Source: an uncultured Myxococcales bacterium (GTDB lineage: Bacteria > Myxococcota_A > Polyangia > GCA-2747355 > CAZCFB01). Taken from it: a DNA stretch of 64,000 nucleotides. The position numbers were made by a program, and so were the translations under genes. Shown piece after piece: positions 30,738 through 40,029 of this stretch. Positions within the stretch are counted from its first letter, which is position 1; each line of letters opens with the position of its first letter. Location of the stretch: assembly GCA_964511535.1 (NCBI GenBank), contig CAZEFW010000013.1, positions 3,861 through 67,860 on the forward strand. Reading direction: 5' to 3'. The notes beneath the pieces were generated by a model, which was given only the letters and a program-made list of their open reading frames with translations, did no database searches and was not told the DNA's origin.

Positions 30738-32807
30738 TCAATCCCAGGTCACCTTCAGGTCGTACTTGCTGGTCTTGGAGCTGTAGCCGCGCACCGCGAT
30801 GTACAGGGTGATGCCCTTGGCCTTGTCGTACTTGCAGGTCTCCTTGGAGCCGTACTTGTACGGGCGGCAGTCGTACTTCTTCTTCTCGGGGGCGGCCTCG
30901 AAGCGGGTGTACAGGTCGGCGTCGTTGGTGCCGGTCATCTGCACCACGATGTTGCGCGCCGAGCTGCCCACGTCCACGGAGAACTGGGTCATCTCGTAGC
31001 GCTTGACCTCGCCGGACTTCTTCCACTCGTTGGTCTTGGGGTCGGGGGGCAGGCTGACGTTGCAGCTCAGGCTCTTGGGCACGCACGCCATGCCCCTGAG
31101 GTAACCCGACGATGACGAACCGAACTGGCGGCACACCATGTTGGGGCCGCACCCCTTGTCGTGCAGGCACTCCTGGGCGCACACCTTCTCGGTGGTGTTG
31201 AGGGACACGCACACGTTGCCCGCCGCGCCGCACTCGGAGCTGGCGGTGCAGGTGTCGCACGACTTGGTGGCGTCGCCCAGGGGGTTGGCCAGGGGGTTGT
31301 CGTCGATGCCGTGCACGCCGTACATGGCGAAGTGCCAGCTGTAGTCGTAGCTGCTCGGGTTGAGGTCCTTGAGCAGCTTGCCGTAGGACGCGCCCTTGAC
31401 CTTGCCGTCGCTGTCGCCCACCAGCGCCCGGATGATGTCCTTGGTCTCGTCCACGCTGCTGGCGTCGGAGAACGAGGTGGTGGTGATGACGTCGGCGTTG
31501 TTCAGCCCCAGCTTGTTCGGGTTCTGCTTGAACGCCTGGGCCACGTGGTAGGTGTCGCACCCGCTCATGACGAACAGCTGGCTCTTGTCCTTGGGCAGGT
31601 CCATCTTCTTGATCTCGGGCGGGTCGAGGTCGCCCTTGCTGGTCTTGTACCAGGACGCCAGGGCGTAGCCGTAGGTGTAGCCGCTGTGGCCGGAGAAGAT
31701 GATGACGTCGCGCTTCTTCATGCTCGCCTTGAGGTCGGCCATCAGGTTGCCGGCGCCGGTGTTGGTGGTGGCGTTGGCGTTGGCCCTGCTGTCGCTCCAC
31801 TTCCAGTCGTCGCAGGCGCGCTTCTTGTTCTTCTCGTCCTTGTCCACGGCCTTGGCCCACGAGCCGTAGCTGCCGTCCTCGTCCCACGCCTCGCACGGGT
31901 CAGGGCGAAAGATGGTGACCTTCATGGTGACGGCCTTCTCGTTGATGGTGACCTCCTTGGTCAGCGGCCCGCTCAGGCGGTTGTACTCCTTGTAGGCAGC
32001 GGCGGGGGAGGTGAAGCCCATGGTGTCGGTGAGCCACTCGTAGAGCTGGCGGCTGTGGGTGATGTCGTAGCGGGCGTGGTAGTCCCAGCCGAAGTGCACG
32101 CTGATGTCGAGCACCTTGTCCTCGATGAACTTGCCGTGGTCCAGGTACGCATCGTAGGAGGCGTCGATGGGCGCCACCTTGACGTCGATGGTCTCAAGCT
32201 CGCACTTGCAGGTGTCCGGGGACCACTTGCCCGGGCTGTAGCCGGAGTGGGAGAAGCCGCCCACCAGCTTGCTGTTGGCCACCTTGGCCAGCTTCAGCTT
32301 GAAGGTGTCGGCCGAAGACGACAGCCCCTGGTCCTTGCGCAGCTTGCGCAGCAGCTCCTTGGTGCCGCCGATCTGGACCTTGAAGGTGTAGACGAACTTC
32401 AGGGTGTTGTCCTGGTCCGCCTTGAGGCCGTCGCTCTGGTAGTCGCCGTCGAGCACCATGGCGCGCAGGCCGCCGTACTTGGCCGGCTCGCCGTCCGAGG
32501 ACGACTTGTCCACCAGGTAGACATGCAGGAACCAGCCGATCTGCTCGGTGCGGCCCTCCATGATCTTGCGCGCCCGGGCGGTGCGCTCGCTCTCGCTCTT
32601 GGTCTTGTAGCTGTCGGCCAGGATGATGGGCACCTCGGCAGTGACCTCGTACTCCTGCGCCGTGTTGGAGAAGAAGTTATCTTCCTTGCCGGGAGGGGCG
32701 ATGACGAAGTCGTCCGGCTCGGCGACTGGCTCCATGGGGCTGCAGCCCAGGATCATCAGGGCAGCGGTACCGAAAAGAATGGAACGACCTGCGTTTTGCT
32801 TCAGCAT
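30738..32807 (-). CDS. Lipoprotein with C-terminal PPC domain and a candidate His/Cys catalytic domain
   Basis: GGAGG RBS; lipobox ILGC; PPC motif DADLYTRF...YDCRPY..GSKETC...YIAVRGY; VIIFSGHSG and LFVMSGCD; Cys-rich linker. Confidence 0.8.
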   Translation of the reverse strand: MLKQNAGRSILFGTAALMILGCSPMEPVAEPDDFVIAPPGKEDNFFSNTAQEYEVTAEVPIILADSYKTKSESERTARARKIMEGRTEQIGWFLHVYLVDKSSSDGEPAKYGGLRAMVLDGDYQSDGLKADQDNTLKFVYTFKVQIGGTKELLRKLRKDQGLSSSADTFKLKLAKVANSKLVGGFSHSGYSPGKWSPDTCKCELETIDVKVAPIDASYDAYLDHGKFIEDKVLDISVHFGWDYHARYDITHSRQLYEWLTDTMGFTSPAAAYKEYNRLSGPLTKEVTINEKAVTMKVTIFRPDPCEAWDEDGSYGSWAKAVDKDEKNKKRACDDWKWSDSRANANATTNTGAGNLMADLKASMKKRDVIIFSGHSGYTYGYALASWYKTSKGDLDPPEIKKMDLPKDKSQLFVMSGCDTYHVAQAFKQNPNKLGLNNADVITTTSFSDASSVDETKDIIRALVGDSDGKVKGASYGKLLKDLNPSSYDYSWHFAMYGVHGIDDNPLANPLGDATKSCDTCTASSECGAAGNVCVSLNTTEKVCAQECLHDKGCGPNMVCRQFGSSSSGYLRGMACVPKSLSCNVSLPPDPKTNEWKKSGEVKRYEMTQFSVDVGSSARNIVVQMTGTNDADLYTRFEAAPEKKKYDCRPYKYGSKETCKYDKAKGITLYIAVRGYSSKTSKYDLKVTWD

Positions 32808-32868
32808 CTGCGGTTCCTCCTTTGAAGCCCTCCGATTTTCGGGGGCAGAAAACCACACAGGGGGCGTC

Positions 32869-32884
32869 TGCAAACCACGAGCCA
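32869..32884 (-). promoter_or_regulatory. Sigma54 (-24/-12) promoter of the PPC lipoprotein gene
   Basis: Minus strand TGGCTCGTGGTTTGCA: GG-N10-GC, one mismatch to TGGCACG-N4-TTGCW, about 60 bp upstream of the ATG. Confidence 0.7.
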
Positions 32885-33008
32885 CTATTGTCGTCAAGTG
32901 TTTTCGCGCACTTATCCCTCTGGGGGGCGGATCCCCCACTGACCGGCTACAACAGTAGCCAGCCAGCCGGCTAGCCAGCGACGCAGCGCGTCAAAGGATT
33001 ACGGGGGG

Positions 33009-35030
33009 TTACGGGATGGGGGGTGGAAGCTGCTGTGGCCGGCTGGAAAACTCGAGATCTTTGATCAGCGCCTCGAGCTGCGCCTCGAGCTCCTCCTTGT
33101 CCTTCTTCCAGAGCTTGATCTGGTCGCGGATCTCCTTGAGCCGGTCCTCTTCCTTGTCCAGGGCGGTGACGTAGCGCTCTCTCAGCCGGCGCTCGTCCTG
33201 CCCGCTGCCCAGGGCGCCCAGGTTCTCCCGCAGCCGCTCCTGGTTCTCGAAGATCTGCTCGATCTCCTCCTCCAGCTCGTCGATATGCGTCTCCAGGCGG
33301 GCGGACTTCGTGTTCAGGTCCACCATGTTGTCCAGCACCGCGCGGGTGGCGTCGTCGATGAACCTGTTCTTGAGCCACACTCCAACCTGGTCGCGGTCCA
33401 CGTTGCTGATGGACCAGTGCTGCACCTCCTCGCCCTTCTCGTACACCGTGAACTTGGTGGTCTTGCCCGCAGGCGCCTCCAGCTTGAACCGGTAGAAGTT
33501 CTCGGTCTTCTCCACCGGGTCGGCGCTGTCCACCAGCTCCCAGTCATGGATGAACCGGTGCTCCAGGTACATGTCCAGCGGCCGCTTGAGCTTGCTCTTG
33601 ATGGCGTAGGTGGTCTCGCGCACACGATAGCGGTTGAGGTACAGCGAGCCGTTGACGATGCGGGCCAGGTGCACGTCGCGCAGCTTGCTGTCCTGCTCCA
33701 CCTGGATCAGCACGCCCAGCTCCACCGAAAACGGCACCAGCCGCTCCTCGCCCGGCTTCATGGTGTCGAGCATGGCCTCGCCCACGTAGGTCTCCTGCTC
33801 CAGCACGGTGACGGGGCCGCCTTCCAGGGTCACGCCGGTGCTGTTGTTGAACAGCACCGCGCTCATGGGGTTCTTGTCGCGGATCTCCTGGTTGTAGACG
33901 GCCACGCGCTTGCCCGAAAACGGCCGCTGCAGGATCGGCACCAGGGCCGACTGGTTGCGCTTCACCGTCACGGCGTTGTCGATCTCGTACTGGAACAGGT
34001 CGCCCACCTCGGAGGTGCGGGTCTTGACCTGGGTGGAGCTGCGGCGGGCCTCGGACAGCACCTCCGCGCGCTCGCTCTTGCGCAAGGCCCGCTTGGCCTT
34101 GGCCCTCATCATGCCGCCCGACGGCGCCGGCGCCGGTGGCGGCGCCATGGCGGCGGGCATGCTCATGGGCGCCTCCTCCGCGCACATCAGGTCCTCGATG
34201 CTCTCCTCCAGCTCCGGCGGCGCGTACGCCTCCTCCTCGCGAACCTCCACCACGGGCCGGCGCTTGTAGCGCGGCGAATACAGGTCGTGCACGAAGGAGA
34301 TGGGCAGCCCCGAGACCAGCGTGAGCGCCACATCTTCCCAGTCCTCGTCCTGGGTGTTGTCCACCAGGGCCCAGCCCTGGATCAGCGCGTCCTTGCCCGG
34401 CTCGTCCAGCAGCACCCGGTAGGAGGTCTTCCACACCGGCGTCTCGACGATGTACGACGCCATCACCTCACGCTCACCGGAGCCGTTGGCGAAGATGGTC
34501 AGCCGCTTGAGGTCCTTCTTCTTGGCCCCGATCAGGATGTCCAGCAGGTGTCCCAGGTCCTTCTGCAGCCCCGGATCCTTGAAGGTGATCCACTTCACCT
34601 CGGACAGGTCGAAGGAGCGCAGGGTCTTGCCGCCCACCAGCAGGTTGAGCAGGTGGCTCCAGGTGGTGGTGTCGCCCTGCTTCTGGGTCACGCTCTCGGT
34701 GCCGGTGACCAGGCCCTCGACGGTGACCTGCCCGATCTCCACCTCCACCCGGGCGCCCTTGATCTGGTCAAGCAACCCCGTCAGCGAGTTTTCGTCGGGC
34801 AGGCGGATGGCGATGTCCTCAAGCTGCTTCTCCACCGGCTTGGTGGACTCGTACGAGATGCTCGAGATGACGCCCTGCTGCAGGTCGAGCACCGTGAGCG
34901 ACTTGAGCACGTCATTCATCTCGCCAGTCTTGAACTGCAGGCTGATGGTGGCGTCGCCGGTCACCTTGCCCTGGCGCTCGAAGTAGCCCACGCCGTGCTT
35001 GTAAAGGACGATCTTGCGGATCGGGAGCAT
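33009..35030 (-). CDS. DUF4140/DUF4139-type protein with C-terminal coiled coil
   Basis: AAGGAGA RBS; LPIRKIVLYKHGVGYF, DVLKSL, WKTSYR, VDNTQDEDW.DV.LTLVSG, FQYEI...VTV, LEGGP; no signal peptide. Confidence 0.8.
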   Translation of the reverse strand: MLPIRKIVLYKHGVGYFERQGKVTGDATISLQFKTGEMNDVLKSLTVLDLQQGVISSISYESTKPVEKQLEDIAIRLPDENSLTGLLDQIKGARVEVEIGQVTVEGLVTGTESVTQKQGDTTTWSHLLNLLVGGKTLRSFDLSEVKWITFKDPGLQKDLGHLLDILIGAKKKDLKRLTIFANGSGEREVMASYIVETPVWKTSYRVLLDEPGKDALIQGWALVDNTQDEDWEDVALTLVSGLPISFVHDLYSPRYKRRPVVEVREEEAYAPPELEESIEDLMCAEEAPMSMPAAMAPPPAPAPSGGMMRAKAKRALRKSERAEVLSEARRSSTQVKTRTSEVGDLFQYEIDNAVTVKRNQSALVPILQRPFSGKRVAVYNQEIRDKNPMSAVLFNNSTGVTLEGGPVTVLEQETYVGEAMLDTMKPGEERLVPFSVELGVLIQVEQDSKLRDVHLARIVNGSLYLNRYRVRETTYAIKSKLKRPLDMYLEHRFIHDWELVDSADPVEKTENFYRFKLEAPAGKTTKFTVYEKGEEVQHWSISNVDRDQVGVWLKNRFIDDATRAVLDNMVDLNTKSARLETHIDELEEEIEQIFENQERLRENLGALGSGQDERRLRERYVTALDKEEDRLKEIRDQIKLWKKDKEELEAQLEALIKDLEFSSRPQQLPPPIP

Positions 35031-35080
35031 GTTTGTTCTCTCCTTGCGGTTCGGAAGCACGAAGTATGTCACAGAAAAGT

Positions 35081-35136
35081 GAGTCGACAGTCGTCAGTCG
35101 ACAGTCGACAGTTGGGTATCGATGGTTGACAGTTGA
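35081..35136. repeat. Degenerate heptamer tandem repeat (AGTCGAC-type)
   Basis: AGTCGAC AGTCGTC AGTCGAC AGTCGAC AGTTGGG ... GGTTGAC AGTTGA, in a divergent intergenic region. Confidence 0.75.
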
Positions 35137-35166
35137 ATGCTACGAAAGCGTTGCCCGTAAGCTTCT

Positions 35167-37260
35167 ATGATGGCTCGTGCCCACATACTGCTCGTCGCGT
35201 CCGCGCTGCTCTTCGCCGCACCAGCGAAGGCGGCGGTTCCCGAGTTTGCCCCGGACAGCGAGACGGTGCTGGTGGGGGCGGGCAGGGGGCAGCCTGCCGG
35301 GGCGTCGTCGTCAGCGGGAGAGTGGAAGAACCCGGGCGCCACGCTGCATCCTGGCAAGGCGGCCATCAAGGCGCGGGGGCACTGGCTGTTCGGGGGCGCT
35401 GGCAGCGGCTTCAAAAACGGCCAGCTGCGGGTGCGTTTCCGCAAGCACCGGCGCCTGGATGTGACATTGCTGGTGCGGGCAGCGGCGGGGGGCAAGGTGA
35501 GCAGCGGCGTGGGGATCCGGCTCAACCGGGGCTGGGTTTCGCTGGTGCGGCTGACCGACGGCAAGCCGACGGCACTGACCCGGCCGCGCAAGCTGGGCTG
35601 GGTCAGCAGCAAGAAGCAGCTGGAGGTGGTGGTGCACGCCCTGGGGCCGCACCTGGTGGCCGCGCTGTACCAGGCGCCAAAGGGCAAGGCGGTGATGGCC
35701 CTGACCGCGGGGGGCCTGGAGCCGCGGGCCGGCAAGGTCGGGCTGGTCCTGGGCAAACGCCACGACAGGCGCTCCAGGATCACCCTGGTGGCCACCCGAC
35801 CGGCCTGCCGCAAGCTCCCCGAAGCGAAGGTGGGCTGGCGGCCCCATATCATCGCCAGCATCCCCACGGAGAAGGCCGCCGGGGCCGGCGCGGCAGGGCT
35901 GGTGCTCGAGGCGCTGCCCGGCTCGCCACCGCGCACGGTGCTGCGGGCCTCGCCCGCCGGCGTGGAGCGGCTGTTCTGCGACCGGCGAGGCATCCTGAGC
36001 CTGTCGATCCGCGTTCCGTGGAAGTACTTCGACCTCGACTACCTCGGCTGGCGCAAGGCGAAGCCCAAGGTGGAGCAGAAGGACTACCCGGTGCACCAGA
36101 GCTACCTCGGGCCGGACCAGGTGGCGCGCTTCCTCAAGGCCGTGCGCCAGCGGCACCCGAAGGACTCGCTGCTCAAGGTGCTGGGAAAGTCGCACCAGGG
36201 CCGCCCGATCTACGCCCTGGGCGTGGGCGAGAAGATCCGCGAGAACCCGGGCCGCCCGACCTTCCTCATCGTGGGCGCGCACCATGGCAACGAGCCCATG
36301 AGCGTGCTGTTCGTGCTGGACGCCATCAGCCAGCTGCTCGACCGCGGCGCGCAGAGCGCGAAGGTACGGCGCTGGCTGTCGCGGGCCAACATCTGGTGCG
36401 TGCCCCTGGCCAACCCCGACGGGCTGGAGACTTACCTGGAGCATGACCGCTTCATGGGGCGAAAGAACGGCCAGGGCAGGGCGCCGCTCAAGGAAGCGAA
36501 CATGGAGCTCGGCGTGGACCTGAACCGCAACTACCCCTTCCGCTGGAACACCGGCACCCGGCGCGCGTCCAGCGGCGACGCCGCCTCTCGCTATTATCGC
36601 GGGCCGTCGGCGGGCTCAGAGCCGGAGACCCGGGCCATCATGGGCCTGGCCGACCGGGAGCGCTTCGCCGGCGTGATCACCATCCACACCGGGACCGTGG
36701 CCCTGCTGGCGCCCTACACCATCGACGACGTCAAGAACCCGGACCCCAACGAGGCATGGATGGTGGCGGAGCAGCTCATCAAGGATCTGCCCAAGCACCC
36801 CCAGGGCAAACCCTGGCTGGTGCGGCGCAATCTGTACAGCGTGGACGGCACGGACCAGGACTGGCATCGCAACGCCCACGGATCGGTGGCGCTGCTGGTG
36901 GAGGGGGCGCGCTGGTCGCCGCGCAAGGCGCACAACCGGCAGCGGCTGATCAAGGCGATCCGCCCGCTCTGGACCCGCATGCTCGACCGCTTCCTCGACG
37001 GCCCGGCCGTGGCCGGCACCGTGCTCTCCGCCGACGGCAAGCCCGCCGCTGCCGAGGTGATCCTCAAGCAGGCCCCTCCGCAGGAGGGTGAGCGCTGGAC
37101 CACTCGCCCCCGGGACGGCCGGTTCTTCCGCTTCCTGCCGGGCAAGGACACCTACCACCTGGAGGTCAAGGCCGCGGACGGGGGCCGGCGGCTGGTGACA
37201 GTGGACGCGCGCAAGGGTGGAGTGGTAGAGGTGCAGGTTCAACTGCCAGGCTCGCCGTAA
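35167..37260 (+). CDS. Secreted M14 zinc carboxypeptidase
   Basis: Signal peptide; LGKSHQGRPI, GAHHGNE (HxxE), NPDG, RKN, GVDLNRNY, SEPET, TIHT; C-terminal carboxypeptidase regulatory-like domain. Confidence 0.9.
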   Translation: MMARAHILLVASALLFAAPAKAAVPEFAPDSETVLVGAGRGQPAGASSSAGEWKNPGATLHPGKAAIKARGHWLFGGAGSGFKNGQLRVRFRKHRRLDVTLLVRAAAGGKVSSGVGIRLNRGWVSLVRLTDGKPTALTRPRKLGWVSSKKQLEVVVHALGPHLVAALYQAPKGKAVMALTAGGLEPRAGKVGLVLGKRHDRRSRITLVATRPACRKLPEAKVGWRPHIIASIPTEKAAGAGAAGLVLEALPGSPPRTVLRASPAGVERLFCDRRGILSLSIRVPWKYFDLDYLGWRKAKPKVEQKDYPVHQSYLGPDQVARFLKAVRQRHPKDSLLKVLGKSHQGRPIYALGVGEKIRENPGRPTFLIVGAHHGNEPMSVLFVLDAISQLLDRGAQSAKVRRWLSRANIWCVPLANPDGLETYLEHDRFMGRKNGQGRAPLKEANMELGVDLNRNYPFRWNTGTRRASSGDAASRYYRGPSAGSEPETRAIMGLADRERFAGVITIHTGTVALLAPYTIDDVKNPDPNEAWMVAEQLIKDLPKHPQGKPWLVRRNLYSVDGTDQDWHRNAHGSVALLVEGARWSPRKAHNRQRLIKAIRPLWTRMLDRFLDGPAVAGTVLSADGKPAAAEVILKQAPPQEGERWTTRPRDGRFFRFLPGKDTYHLEVKAADGGRRLVTVDARKGGVVEVQVQLPGSP

Positions 37261-37289
37261 GAGCCTCACGGTGTGGGGAGGATGCACCC

Positions 37290-38201
37290 ATGAACAGAGC
37301 GCTGCTAATTCTGTTTCTGTGCGCGGCAGGGGCCGGATGCGCCGATGACGGGGTAATGGTCACGGACGGCGCCGCCGCGGCAGACGCCATGGTGGAGACC
37401 GACGCCGCGGTCCCCGGGACATGGGTCACGGTCAAGGCCGGCGCCTTCTCCATGGGGTCGCCCGCCGCCGAACCCTGCCGCGACGCCGACGAGGCCGCGC
37501 ACCAGGTCACCCTCACCCGGGACTTGCTGGTCTCCGCCACGGAGACGACCCAGGGCCAGTACCGGGCGCTGATGGGCAAGAGCCCGGCCTTTCACGGCGC
37601 GTGCGGTGATGCTTGCCCGGTGGAGTGGGTCACGTGGCACGAGGCCGCGGCCTACTGCAACGCCCTGTCGGCGCTCAAGGGCCTCTCCGCCTGCTACAGC
37701 TGCAGCGGCGCCGCCGACAAGACGCGCTGCGCCCTCTTCGGATCAGGGCAGCCCGCAGCCTGCCGCGGGTTCCGCCTGCCCACCGAGGCGGAGTGGGAGT
37801 TCGTGGCCAGGGCCGGCACCGCCACGGCCTTTTACAGCGGCGGCATCTCGTCATGCATGACCACCGACGCGGGCGCCGGCGCCATCGCCTGGTACAAGGT
37901 CAACGCCTCCGGTCTGACCCGCAAGGTCAAGGGGCTGAAGGCCAACGCCCTGGGCCTGTACGACATGAGCGGCAACGTCTACGAGTGGACCGGCGACTGG
38001 TACGGCCCATACCCCGCCGGCGCGGCGACAGATCCGGCGGGGCCCTCCACCGGCACCGAGCGGGTGTTCCGCGGCGGCGCGTACTACTTCAACGCCGAGC
38101 ACGCCCGGTCGGCTAACCGGGAGCGGTTCGCGCCCGACAAGCGGCTGACCTTCGTCGGGTTCCGCTGCGTGCGCAGCCTCAGCCCCGGAGGTGCGTCATG
38201 A
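37290..38201 (+). CDS. FGE-sulfatase (SUMF1/CLec-fold) domain lipoprotein
   Basis: FSMGSP, CPVEWVTW.EA..YCN, RLPTEAEWE, NALGLYDMSGNV.EW, RGG, GFRC. Confidence 0.9.
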   Translation: MNRALLILFLCAAGAGCADDGVMVTDGAAAADAMVETDAAVPGTWVTVKAGAFSMGSPAAEPCRDADEAAHQVTLTRDLLVSATETTQGQYRALMGKSPAFHGACGDACPVEWVTWHEAAAYCNALSALKGLSACYSCSGAADKTRCALFGSGQPAACRGFRLPTEAEWEFVARAGTATAFYSGGISSCMTTDAGAGAIAWYKVNASGLTRKVKGLKANALGLYDMSGNVYEWTGDWYGPYPAGAATDPAGPSTGTERVFRGGAYYFNAEHARSANRERFAPDKRLTFVGFRCVRSLSPGGAS

Positions 38202-39055
38202 ACCAGCGGGTCATGTGGCATGTCCCCGCGCTGGCCCTGCTGGCCTGCGCCTGCGCCGACCCCGGGGCAGCGCTTCCGGCCCCCGCAGTGGGCCGCCCTC
38301 TGGCCACCGACGTGAAGGTCGCCGCGGTGCAGTACGGCACGGGCAGCCACGGGCTGGTGGACACCGACTGCGCCAGCGCCGTCCTGCCCGACGCCTGCGC
38401 CGTGGCGAAGCTGGTGGAGCAGGCCGCCAAGGCGGGCGCGAAGCTGGTGGTGACCCCGGAGTACGGCCTGGGCCAGAAGTACCTGGAGCCGGTGCCGGTG
38501 GTGGGCAAGAACCCCGGCACCGACGCCAGCTGGTCCGGTGGCTCGCTGATCAAGAGCTTCAGCCAGCGCGCGGCGCTGCTGAAGATCCACCTGGTGGTCA
38601 ACCTGCAGACCAACGGCGGGGGCGGCGCGCGGTACAACTCCCAGGTGGCCTTCAGTCCCTCCGGCGCCGTTGCCGCGATTCACCACAAGTTCGAACTCTT
38701 CGCCAGCGAGCGCAAGAGCCTCACGCCGGGCAAGGAGCTGAACGTCTTCTCCAGCCCGGTGGGCAAGGTGGGCCTGCTCATCTGCGCGGACCTGTACGGA
38801 GACCTGCGCAAGCATCGTCAGCTGACGGGTCCCCTCGGGGCGCGCGTGGTGGCCGTCTCCTCCCTCTGGACCGCGGACGGCGGCTGGCGCTGGCAGCAGA
38901 ACTTCGCCCGCAACTGGGGCGTGTACGTGGTTGGCTCCAACACCACCGGCGGGGCAGGGCGCGGCGGCGGCATCTTCGATCCCACGGGCCGCGTGCTGGC
39001 CAAGCATACCGACGGCAAGCCGGCGGTCACCCTGGCCAGCATTCCGGCGCGCTGA
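38198..39055 (+). CDS. Carbon-nitrogen hydrolase (nitrilase superfamily), secreted/lipoprotein
   Basis: VAAVQ, VVTPEYG (catalytic E), HKFELF (K), GLLICAD (C); N-terminal signal with LACAC. Confidence 0.85.
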   Translation: MNQRVMWHVPALALLACACADPGAALPAPAVGRPLATDVKVAAVQYGTGSHGLVDTDCASAVLPDACAVAKLVEQAAKAGAKLVVTPEYGLGQKYLEPVPVVGKNPGTDASWSGGSLIKSFSQRAALLKIHLVVNLQTNGGGGARYNSQVAFSPSGAVAAIHHKFELFASERKSLTPGKELNVFSSPVGKVGLLICADLYGDLRKHRQLTGPLGARVVAVSSLWTADGGWRWQQNFARNWGVYVVGSNTTGGAGRGGGIFDPTGRVLAKHTDGKPAVTLASIPAR

Positions 39056-39101
39056 GCATGTTAAGCTGACTCCTTCAACTCGACGTCGACAGGAGGAGCC
39101 C

Positions 39102-39863
39102 GTGGTCGGAAGGGTGGCAGCAAGCTGCGCGCGGTACGGTCTCGTCGCATCGCTGCTGGTCTGCCCCATGGGAGGGTGCGAGATGCGCCTGGGCGACAGC
39201 CCCTTCCTGTGCAACAGCGGCGGGAGCCCCCTGTGCCCGCCGGGTTACGAGTGCCGGCAAGGCCGCTGCGTCAAAAAGGGGGTCTGCCCCTCCGCGAGTC
39301 CGCTGTGCGGCCGCACCGAGGCCGGCGGCCCCCTGGTGGACGCCGGTCCGCCGGAGGCTGGCAAGCCGCCCCCGCCCGACAGCAAGGCGTGGCCCCCGGA
39401 CAGCGTGGCCTGGCCGCCCGACAGCAAGCCGTGGCCCCCGGACCAGAAGACCTGGCCGCAGGACATGCCGCCCCCGCCGCCGGACATGCCGCCCCCGCCG
39501 CCGGACATGCCACCCCCGCCGCCGGACATGCCGCAGCCGAAGCCTGATCTGCCGCCCACCGCGGGTGGGTACGGCGCCACCTGCGGCGGCATCTACCCCG
39601 GGTGCAAGCCCGGCTTCACCTGTATGGCGATCCCGGGCCACACGCCGTCGTTCTGCACCGTAAAATGCCCCAGCATCGGCCAGACCTGCAGCGGCACCCC
39701 GGGCAACACCCACGCCAAGTGCGTGCTCAAGGATAGCGGCGGCCAGCTCTGGTGCGCGTTCATCTGCGCATACAACATGCAGAAGTGGCCATGCCCCAAC
39801 AACATGACCTGCGCAAAGCTGCCCAACCCGCCCACCAGCCTGCAGTACCCGTGCATGCCCTGA
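39102..39863 (+). CDS. Cys-rich lipoprotein with a Pro-rich heptapeptide stalk
   Basis: AGGAGGAG RBS before GTG at 39102; two Cys-rich domains separated by PPDxxxx repeats. Confidence 0.75.
   Translation: MVGRVAASCARYGLVASLLVCPMGGCEMRLGDSPFLCNSGGSPLCPPGYECRQGRCVKKGVCPSASPLCGRTEAGGPLVDAGPPEAGKPPPPDSKAWPPDSVAWPPDSKPWPPDQKTWPQDMPPPPPDMPPPPPDMPPPPPDMPQPKPDLPPTAGGYGATCGGIYPGCKPGFTCMAIPGHTPSFCTVKCPSIGQTCSGTPGNTHAKCVLKDSGGQLWCAFICAYNMQKWPCPNNMTCAKLPNPPTSLQYPCMP
39372..39540 (+). repeat. 21-bp coding tandem repeat (PPDSKAW/PPDMPPP, 8 units)
   Basis: GGACATGCCGCCCCCGCCGCC repeated from 39461; the four preceding units have the same 21-bp period. Confidence 0.85.
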
Positions 39864-40018
39864 GGGCTGACCAACAATCCTCCCGTCGCCAGGCTTGCTC
39901 CTGAAACCACTGGCTTTGTTGCTCGTCGGTCACTTGCCACCAGCAAGCTCCCTCCTCGCGCCTCGCCAGTGATTCCAGTTGCTTCGCCTGACTCGGTCCG
40001 GATCATTGGTCACCCCTC
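39862..40018 (-). mobile_element. MITE-like structured repeat, copy 3 (same core, different terminal repeats)
   Basis: The reverse complement of 39881-40000 matches the core of copies 1 and 2; the ends are GAGGGCTGACCAACAATCC / GGATCATTGGTCACCCCTC. Confidence 0.85.
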
Positions 40019-40029
40019 TGCTGGCCGGC

